Below are positions 11,625 to 20,731 of a DNA stretch of 64,000 nt, one piece after another; within the stretch, counting starts at the first letter, position 1, and each line of letters opens with the position of its first letter. Under the pieces are notes generated by a model. It ran no database searches. It saw nothing but the letters and a program-made list of their open reading frames with translations, and was not told where the DNA came from. A program made the translations under genes and the position numbers. Origin of the DNA: Oikopleura dioica (lineage: Eukaryota > Animalia > Chordata); assembly GCA_907165135.1 (NCBI GenBank), contig OU015568.1, positions 992,001 to 1,056,000 on the forward strand. The letters are read 5' to 3'.

Positions 11625-11795
11625 CTAGCGTCGCTTTCGCATTGCGAATTTGATGATCTGGGCTTCCAGATTTTTTATCTCATTGACTTGATTGCTTCCG
11701 TAAAGATGGTAGAGTCGATTGTTTGCGAGGCGATTTTGTCCGAGAAGATCGGCAGCAGCGAAGTCGAAGAGAAGGAAGAGAGTTGAGATGTTCAT
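11625..11795 (-). CDS. Putative 56-aa secreted peptide
   Basis: MNISTLFLLFDFAAA-DLLGQNRLANNRLYHLYGSNQVNEIKNLEAQIIKFAMRKRR*: signal-peptide-like N-terminus; no homology recognised. Confidence 0.35.
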   Translation of the reverse strand: MNISTLFLLFDFAAADLLGQNRLANNRLYHLYGSNQVNEIKNLEAQIIKFAMRKRR

Positions 11796-12286
11796 TTTAC
11801 AATGATCTTTCATAGATAGGTAGATGTTTATATGCGAACTCTTACGGGTGATTATATATACAAAATCCTCCATTATCGGAGGTTTCCATCTTCCGCTCCA
11901 GCTTTGATTGAAGCGGAAACCGCACTCGACGCACAGAACATATTTCGTCAATGTTACATAAAAAAATCAATCATCGAGAAGATCTGGTGCGAAACAGGAG
12001 TAAAAATGATAATTCATATAAAAGATTGAGAATTTTATGCAGACAATGGCTAGTGTTTACGTTTACTTTTGTCTGATTCTTGATTTTCTTCGAAATTTTT
12101 ATTTTTCGGTGCGCAATATAGACCTCTATTTTTTGACAAATAATATAACTCATTTTAAATAAGAGAATAACAAGATCGTGTGTTTTTGATTTATTTTTTT
12201 CATTAAATCCTTCATAGTTGTTGTTGCCAGTAAAAAAAGTTGATTGTCGAACGGAGAGATTTTTACAAAAATAAAGAGCTGAGATT

Positions 12287-13507
12287 TTACTCGAGGTCAG
12301 CGATGATTTCTTTGAAAGCCTTCTTGAGCTGCTTGTCAAAGCTCTTGGTGAAGACCTTCTTGTAGTTGCTTTGTCGAGAAGCGAGAGTGTTAGCGATGAA
12401 GTCGTCATCGAGATCGGCAAGCTCGTTGGGTCGGACAATGACGGGGTAGGTAGCGAATTTGGAGGCGGTCTCGGTGGCGATCTGAATAGAAAAAATGCTA
12501 TTTGATAATTTTTCTAATTTTTCTTACCTCGTCTCGGTCAGCAACTCGGCCAGATGGAGTCTGGAGCTTCTTAAGATCCCACTCTTCATCGGAGACGATG
12601 ACAAGGATTTGGTTTCTGCTGGTCTTTTGGTATTCCAAGTTAAGATCCTGGAGAACAAGGAAGAGCTGGCCGTTTCCGTCAAGACCTTCGGAGTAGGACT
12701 GAAAATGATCGTTAAAATTGCTTTGATTTTGGTTTTATTTGAGCTGTTAAAAACCGTCAATTTTATTATTAAAAATTTTAAAAATCGATAAAAATTTGTA
12801 AAAATTCTTTCAGGGCCTATTTTATTGGCTGCGCCGCGGAATTTGCACAGCACTATTTTTTATGTTCAAACCCAGCGGATATACGAAGAAAACGGTCGTA
12901 AAAAATTAACTTACTTGTCGGGTAGCGCGGTCGAGAGAAGTCTTGGCAACTTCTTCTTTGTAGTGGAGAAGTCCGGAAGTACCTGCAGCGCCGCCGCTGC
13001 CTGGCTTGTAGGCACCCTCGAGCTGCTTGATTCCGGAGAATTGGAGGAGTCGGAAGGTTGCTCGGTCACCAAGCTTCTGCTGGAGGCCGGGGATGAGGTC
13101 GGAGTCGATGATCTCCTGGGTGGCTTCAAACGCATCTCCGGCATCGATCTCACCGTTGATGGAGACCTTGTTGTTGTAGGAGTCGGAACCGTCGATGAGG
13201 ACGAGGACGTCGTACTCAGGCTTGGGTTGTGGAGCAGGTCCGCAGAGGCACTCACCGCCGATTCTAATATCGTCGAGCTTGGCCTTGGTTACAACTGCCA
13301 CTCGGGCGTGGATGTTGATCCTAGAAAAGTTTATTCGAAGAAGCGGCAACCTGATTCCAAGAAATAAGTTAATTTAAAGTCTTTATCTTAAAGTTTAACC
13401 GTCAACCTATTTCTTAATCTAACCCGAACCCTAACCCTAATCTCTGATACTTACTCGCCATGCATGGCAACCTCCGGGGAGGTAACGCAAATCTCTCGTC
13501 GTGGCAT
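12287..13507 (-). CDS. Single VWA-domain protein without signal peptide
   Basis: MPRREICVTSPEVAMHG|EINIHAR...YDVLVLIDGSDS (MIDAS DxSxS), FRLLQFSG, ILVIVSDEEW; four exons with GT-AG introns; stop TAA 12287-12289. Confidence 0.8.
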
Positions 13508-13534
13508 GATGAAGAGGTTGTTTAGAGTTTGATT

Positions 13535-13580
13535 GAAACCGAACTGAGCTCTGCTTCGAGAGCGCGTGATTATAAAAGGG
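13535..13580 (-). promoter_or_regulatory. Candidate TATA + Inr core promoter of the VWA gene
   Basis: Minus strand reads TTTTATAATC, ~20 nt, then CTCAGTT (Inr-like TCAGT), directly upstream of the 5' UTR. Confidence 0.4.
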
Positions 13581-14439
13581 TCCTGAAAATTATACGAGCC
13601 GGCGTTGGCTCTGCCTTCGTTTGGCGCTGCGGATCGTAAAACCTATTTTCAAGTCGAAGTCAAAGAACCACACCATCAGGGCACCTTTTATCGTTTTAAA
13701 AAAATGCTGATCGGGTATGTTGCTTCGTCTTCAATCTCACTCAAATTGACAGGAAAGGAATTTCAACTAGACTTACTACGGTTATTAACCCACAATCAAT
13801 CATCAAAATCCCTGAAAAATCCAGGGAAGAATAAAAGTTTCAGAAAAAAAGCTTTATTAGCCGAAAAAGCGACGCTTAGACAAAAGAGGGTTAAAATCAT
13901 CTTGGACTTTCGATTCGGAAGCTCCTTCGTGGTTGAAGAACGGGTGCTTTTCAGCTCGTTTCATATGACGCCAGTTAGCAGGATCGAGGCAGCTCAGGTC
14001 GAAAGCAAAAGCGCCTACGAGATGAATTTAGGTTGACAAATCTGATCCTTAATTTTACCTTGAAGAAAAATAAAGAAAACGTTCATTGTTGGTCTTAATT
14101 GTGCATACTTCTGGGATCCTTCCTTTTTATACGCATTTTTCTATCAAAAATTAACCACCTTCCAAATGGTTAATAATGATTATCGTCAAATTTATTGGTG
14201 GCTGCCCAAGTCATCGATAATGCAATAAGTAAGGGAAGGTTCCTTTAAAAGAATTGGGAAGCAATTGTTTTTGAAAGAATCCATTCAAAAGATTTCTAAT
14301 TACGGAAGATACAACTACAAGAATAAAAATATAATGGTCCCAAAAATCGAGGCCGCATAGTAACCGTAGTATTTCGTGATGATAAACTACGGTCTTATTT
14401 GACATGAAAAGTCAAGCCGAAGCAACGATTTATGTTTTT

Positions 14440-14702
14440 TCATTTAACTTGTAAAAACTAGATCGTGGCCTGTTTCATGGCAAAGTTCATGATATAGGCC
14501 AGATGGTATCACGAAAACAAGCCGCATTTTTCTTTTAACAAGCTCTTAAAATAATGTTTACGTTTATTAGAACTTGTTAAAACTTATGACCGGCTTGCTT
14601 CGTAAACAAGATGACACATAAATTTAACAAGCTCTTTGAAACGAAAATATTTTTTATAGAACTTGTTAAAACCAATGTGCCGGTCTTTTCGTAAACCGCA
14701 AT
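14440..14702. repeat. Short tandem array (~89 bp period, ~2.5 units) of hairpin units
   Basis: ttaacaagctct-N22-agaacttgttaa at 14535-14580 and 14624-14669, each followed by aac...ccgg...ttcgtaaac; partial copy at ~14446. Confidence 0.7.
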
Positions 14703-14852
14703 TTTATCTGCTCTTCGTCATGAACTTTGAAGCGATGGACAGCACTTCATTGCTTTTATTGCTGACCTGGCCTTTCAAACGAATTCCTGTGGTAGGTACT
14801 CAAATGATCCTTTCTATTTTTCAGCCATTATTTTTGAAGAATATTCGGGATT

Positions 14853-15763
14853 TTATTTTATTTCTGTAATATTGATGAAAAAATGTTTGAAGGAGTCAGT
14901 AAGGAGAGGAAGAAGATCCCGCCGAGCTCGAGCCAGAAGACCCACATCGTTGTCTAGGGCTTCGTTTGCAATTTTGCGCCGCCCAACGAACTCGTTCCGG
15001 CTCATTTTTGCCAGTCGAATCCACTCTTCAAAAGTCGGCGCAAGTTTTCGCATATTGCGCGCGGTCAGCATTCGTCCCTCGAATCGGCAAATCGTTGTTT
15101 GCGAAATTTTTCTGCCGCAAAGAGCGGTGATGCTGTCGGAAAGTTCTGTCTGGGTAAAGCCAAGGCGGACTCGAAGCTCGCGAAGTTGACGGATAAGGGT
15201 GTCAATGGCGTCTTCTTGTGGGGCCATGTAGTTTTCTTGAAAGAGGGGGAGAGATGAGCAAAGATCGAATTCGCCAAGTTCTGGGAGCGGAACGTTCTGG
15301 AAGAAGAAATATGGAGTCACGTCAAGAGCGTTTTCGAAGATGGAGGAAAAGTTGTTTTCAAAGGTCATCTTGCTTTTCGGGTTTTTGTTGATTGTTTTGT
15401 TGATTTTTGCTGATTTTTGTTTGATTATGAAAACCGGAAATACCGAAGCATATTTATACCAGATTTCACGCCCTCTAGAAAATTGTTTCTTCCAGGAATT
15501 CTGACCAGAAGACTTCCGGCACTGGCTCGTGCACATGCTCGCGGGCAGGTTGCGACTGAACATGGCAGGTGGAGGAAGTCGTCTGATCGGACAAAGCGGC
15601 ACCTGGTAGACTCCTTTTGATACCGATCAGGTGTAGATTTCAATTTCAAAGAGGAGTTACTGGAATTTTGATTTTTTTGTATTTTGGACTTTGGATGCTG
15701 ATTTTTTTTGCTGAGATTTTTTAAAGCGGAATATGAGCAATCTAGGTTACTTCTTTTAGACAT
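14853..15763 (-). CDS. POU-specific-domain protein lacking a recognisable homeodomain
   Basis: LRELRVRLGFTQTELSDSITALCGRKISQTTICRFEGRMLTARNMRKLAPTFEEWIRLA matches POUs (SQTTICRFE). Start is either 15368 (MTFENN) or 15763 via an in-frame GT-AG intron. The 3' end is uncertain. Confidence 0.75.
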
Positions 15764-15910
15764 GAGCGAATAAAATATAAATAAAGAAAGACGACAGATT
15801 GTCTTGACATTGGTTTGTTTATTTTGTTTCAGTTGGTCGGATGGAATTCAGCCAGTGAATAAAAGAATGAAATATAACTAGGGAAAGGGGATTCTTTAAG
15901 AATCCATTGT

Positions 15911-16579
15911 TTAGTGGAGGAAGACGTTGGCGGCGTTGAGCTCGAATCGGGCGATTTCCAAAAGAGAGCAGGAGTTGAAGTCACCGTCAAGCTAGAACAA
16001 TAATGAGAGCTATAAGAATGAGTGGTATTTTACCTGGGCATCAGCGTAGGCAGCCTGGAGGGCACCCCACTGGGCATCAGAGACGGACCATCCCCAGCTG
16101 GATCCAGTGGAGAGGACCTGGTCCTTCCATGCGCTGAGCTCAGCGCCGGAGAGGATGTTGTCAGCGTTGCTGTCGTAAGCATCGATGACGACTCGGGCGT
16201 TGGTGGCGGCGAAGGCACCGATGGCGAGCTTGAACTCTTCGAAGTCGAGGGAGCCGGAACCGTCGAAGTCGACAACATCCCAGTATTTGGCACCGAACTG
16301 GTAGAGGTAGTTCTGGCTACCCTCGCTCATCTCGACGTAGTTGGCGATTCGGGCGGCGCAGGTGGTGAGCTCGGTGCTATCGACGGCTCCATCGATACCT
16401 CCGCAGAAGCTGAAGAGGGGCTGGTAGGTGGCGTCACCGACGGAGTTGACGGCGGCGGCGAATTCGGTTGGGTTGGCAACGGCAAAGTTGTAGACGTTGA
16501 CGGCCTCGGACCACCATTGATTGGTGATCCAGACGGCGGGGGAGGCGGTGGCGGCGGCAACGAGTCCAAGAAGCTTCAT
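15911..16579 (-). CDS. Secreted EF-hand Ca-binding protein
   Basis: Signal MKLLGLVAAATA; EF loops DFDGSGSLDFEEF and DSNADNILSGAEL plus two degenerate loops; one intron; last exon LDGDFNSCSLLEIARFELNAANVFLH*. Confidence 0.85.
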
Positions 16580-16884
16580 TTTTACTGGCTTAAATTAAGT
16601 TTAAGACTTTTTTCTTGAATTCAAGTGATTCTCTCTTCGCTATTCTTACCTTTTTAGAGATTTGTTAAGAATAATCTGAGGCTCCGATGGCTGTACACTT
16701 GCTTATATGCGCCCGGTGAGTCCCAAGGTCAACTTTGCCGCGATCAACAAGCCGGTGTTGATGGATGGCATCAACAAATAAACGATCAGGCGAAACCGCC
16801 GCATCTTGCAACAGTATCTACGCAATAGAACTGAACTCAGAGCAAAGGTCGTAGAGTACAACTGACGATTTATTTCAGAATTTT

Positions 16885-17816
16885 TTACTGGGCATTTTTG
16901 ATGATTTTTTTCGCCTTTTCAACAGCATTGCCAAATTTTCTCTTCAGAATAACTTCCTTATTCCGCTCGATTCCCATTAAATAGTCATGGTCAGAATGAC
17001 TTCCGTAGGCGAATTCGGAAGCATCTAGAGTTGGATAATCGGTTTCTTCGCCATCTTCTCCCGAGTGTTTGAACCAATACATGAAGCCCATTGAGTTCAC
17101 AACAGGATCGCCGCCGAGTCGAATACGCAGGTGTTTCTTGACTCTGAAAACGAACATAAGGAAGCTTAAAAATAGATGTTTTCTCAAACCTCTGCTTGAA
17201 TAAATCTTGAAGAGCCCTATTACCGATTTTCGGCGAAGCAACAGTGACGACGAGAAAACTCGTCGCTTCGTATTTTGGTGCCAACGATGCACCAATTAAA
17301 CAAGCCACCGCACCACCAAGTGAGTGACCACAGATCAAAATCTCATCGACCTGTTTTTCTTTCAAAGTCGCGTCAAGAAAACTTTCGATTTTCGGTTTCA
17401 GCGCTTCGAAGCACTCGTAAAATCCATTGTGAGCAAAAGCTTCCGTTTCTTCGAATTTAACTTGACAAAGACGCAAATTTTGGAACATTTCTTGAAGTTC
17501 TTTCGTTCCTGTGATCGTCACAATCGCAAATCGTTTGCCGTCGACATTGTCAACTGGCTTTTCTTTCGCGTAAATGAGGACCGCGTCAGATGCGGTTTCC
17601 TCGTCACGGATGCTTTTGGATTCGAAAGTTTCGAATCTTTTCATAAAAGATTCAAAGTTGCTCTTTTTCGGAAATATTTGTAAAAAAAAATTTTTTTCTA
17701 CTCATTGTCCGACTCCTTTCCTTCGTTACAGGTGTTTGCTTGATCTTGTTTTTCGGAATCCGGTCCCAGTCAATTGGTGAATGATTGTCCTTTACAGACT
17801 CGGCGATGATTTCCAT
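16885..17816 (-). CDS. Class 3 lipase (alpha/beta hydrolase)
   Basis: ITGT oxyanion region, AHNGFY, ILICGHSLGGAVA nucleophile elbow, SPKIGN, GDPV (Asp) and HSDHDY (His). Confidence 0.9.
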
Positions 17817-18357
17817 AAACTCAAATTAAGGTAAAAAGAAGAAAATTCATTTTCTTCTTACATCATGATACTAGGCAAGAAGAGCGAGTCGAGTTGAAAA
17901 CTGAATTTTAAGTATCTAATCAATTGAAAAATTTTGGAAATTTTCATCAATCCATTCTCTCGCATCTTTGTTGAAAAAGTACGCGACTTTATCCTTTAAA
18001 AACTCCGCGCATTGCATTATCAAAAAAATAAAGTATCTCTCCAGTTACTCTTTATTTCTTTCCTTTTGAATATTTCCAGTATTTATAACCCAGCACAGGA
18101 AAATAAACTTTTATTGTAAAAACCTATCGCAGAATACAATTTATTTATTTTTAAGGACCCCCCCTCGGTTGAAATCATGAAGCAGAAGCTTTTGCCCGGG
18201 ACTGATTTGAACTTTATTTTGTTGACAAGTCTGCTGTGAGAGCGGCACTCTAGCACTCGAAAATCCGCAAACAAACAATTGCTGAAGATAGTTGTGTAAT
18301 TTGCATCTAATTATTCATCAACTGTTTTATTTATTTAGCAAATTTTGATTTCGAAAT

Positions 18358-20536
18358 CTACAGACACTGAAGTGGAGCTTCGAAAGCTACAGAAGTTGTG
18401 AAATAGTCGCCGGTTGGGTTCTTTTCAAACTCGATTCTGTGGACAGTTTCAACATCTCGGACAAAAAGGCCATCCCACAGGAACTTTTCAATATCGCCTT
18501 CTCGACTAAAATGGCTTAGAAATGAGGCCATTTTTTTATAAGCTTACTTTTCGCTGAATCCAGAAATTGAGTAAATAAAGTTGTTTTTCATCAAAATCGC
18601 GGTGTTCGAGTGGACCGGTTTGTTCAAAGCCCCCTTTTCTGTCTTAAAAAATCATGAGTTTTTCTATCAGATCTAACAGACTCACCCAATTTCCGTCAAA
18701 AAGCCAGATCGAAGAAAGTGTTCCCGCATCAGTAAGACCTCCGACAACCATGAAGCCTTGAGGAACTTGAACAGTAGCAGCACGCTCGATGAATACTTCA
18801 GAAGGGAAAGTTCCGAATTCTTCCCATGATCCAGTCAGCGATCGCTTTTCCATGTAGTTATCACTTTTTCATGTTTTCATTTAGTCATCAATTTCACCCT
18901 TGAAAACTTTGATAACGAAAAACATTCCTTGTTTGAGGATTTGAATAGTTCCATCCGCCAAAAGCGTACAATTCATTCTCAAAATGCCCCAAAGATCCAA
19001 AATAGTGGCCATAGTTTGATCTTCCTTCGATTACTTCCACATTTTCTCCGTCAAAAGTCTCGCATCGCGCCCACTGAGTGGTAGAAGTCGAGAAACACAA
19101 ATAACCTGAATGATTTTTTGAAACACCATAATTGACAAAGATCTTATTTCTTTTTATAGTAATTGTTCGTCTCTTCGCCGAACTCATTTTCTACCACATA
19201 ACAGAAAGACAACATGTCAAGAAAGTCAACAATGTCGGCTTAATTACTTACTTTTTTCATTCAAAATAGTCATATCTCCATAATGCTGGGAAAACCCAAT
19301 TTCTAGCTTCTGGCTCTGCATTTCAACGGAACAATCCTTCAAGATCGCGATCTGGGTTAAATTCGTCAATCCTCCGAGAATAAACTGCTGTCCCTTGAGA
19401 AGAGCAGTCCCAGAATCGTAGACGAATCGGTCGGGAATTGCCCAGTTTGGCTTGGACACAGTATTATCGTTTTCGACGAAGAGGGCGACGCGTTCGAGGA
19501 CAAAATAACTATCGCCAAGAACGGTCAAGCCGGTTTCTGCTGGACAGCCACCGTAGCCGTTGTCGCAGGGGCAGCCGTTTGGACAAGTGGCGCCACAGGG
19601 ACAGTTTCTGATTTCGGAAGAGAATATTTCTTGGCACTGACTCACGCATTGGTTGTTTCCACTGCAGGACAGGAGGCAATTTCTAAAAAAGTATCTTATG
19701 ATCAAGACGTCCTGATCCATAAATTTGCCAAATTATCAAATTGATAATTATTATATACCGATCAGATCTGGAAAATTAGGCGGTGAGGATGACGTGGCCT
19801 TCGATTTAACCAATGAGAGCCAGCCCTCGCTCTCTCGGTCTGAGAGGGCTTCAGACCCAGATTTGCGGCCGCCTAAGCTACCAAATCTGATCGGTATATA
19901 TATTTATATTGATATTATATACCGCGATTATCATTCCTGAATGACGGACTCTCATCCGTCATTCAGTCGTTTGGACATTTTACAATGCAAAATTTGTCCG
20001 AACGAGCGAAAATTGCGTGGGCGGCCCTGATTGTCCCGTCACTCAGAAATGATAATCATGGTATATATTTCTTTGTGGTCATGATGAGATCTATTTTTCG
20101 TACTTAAACTTGCTCACAAAATATGATAGCAATTTTTATTTACTGACCAATGAATTTTTATTGTTATGGTTCTTTTCCAAAAATCATGTCCTTACGCGTA
20201 AACTCGCTCAGCATCTTCATAGCAACTCGTGAAGTCTTCATTTTCTTCCGGAATGAAACAGGCGCCACATGTATTGCTTTCACAGCCAATGCAGCCAGCG
20301 AAGCATTCAGTGTGGCAAGGACAGCTGTTTCCGCAGTCAAACATGTCCCTCGCGCAGTTTTCTTCGCAGAAAGAGTTTTCGTTGCAATTGCGCTTGCAGA
20401 AATCATAGTCGGATGAGCACTGGCGGACACATGCTACTTCTCGATCTCCATCCGGGCAATTCTCGTTAAAACTGTATCCACCGAAAATCTCATTTGCGAA
20501 AATCGAACAAATCGTTAACCCTAGTAATTTCATCAT
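18358..20536 (-). CDS. Secreted Cys-rich-repeat + Kelch-like propeller protein (family copy 1)
   Basis: Signal MMKLLGLTICSIFA; two modules of type C..QC...C...C...C..NCPC...CP.GCPC; propeller motifs QQFILGG, YLCF...CETFDG, HYFGSLGHF..LYAFGG and FMVVGG; ends ...APLQCL*. Confidence 0.8.
19752..19900. mobile_element. TA-flanked MITE in intron
   Basis: TIRs tataccgatcagat..aattaggcgg / ccgcctaag..atctgatcggtata. Confidence 0.7.
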
Positions 20537-20731
20537 TTCTGTCTGCAATTTTTCGCTTCAAACTTCTGTTCTTATCCGGAGCTTTTGCCCTTTGACATTT
20601 CCCGAGCGCTTAAATTTTATGAATTTGGACTCAAGCCTGCAGATGAACTCGTAATATTTTGCAAGGCTTTCGTAACTGTACTTTGTGCTTTGTTCGTTGT
20701 GGTTTATTTGTTTTCAGTTTAAATATAGGTT

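Noticed and set aside
13410-13445. Interstitial telomere
   Set aside because: Only 2-3 imperfect units inside an intron; more likely a repeat relic.
14440-14702. CRISPR-like repeat/variable-spacer appearance
   Set aside because: Only ~2.5 degenerate units, in a eukaryotic spliced-gene context with no cas genes; reported as a hairpin repeat instead.
14660-14720. Homeodomain helix-3-like peptide DEEQIKLRFTKR downstream of the POU gene
   Set aside because: It is preceded by in-frame stops, lacks WFxNRR and partly derives from the repeat array.
16022-16618. 198-aa + strand ORF (also 5078-5407, 12825-13367, 48572-49096, 56139-56621)
   Set aside because: Antisense shadows of real genes with biased codons or repeats; no independent protein features.
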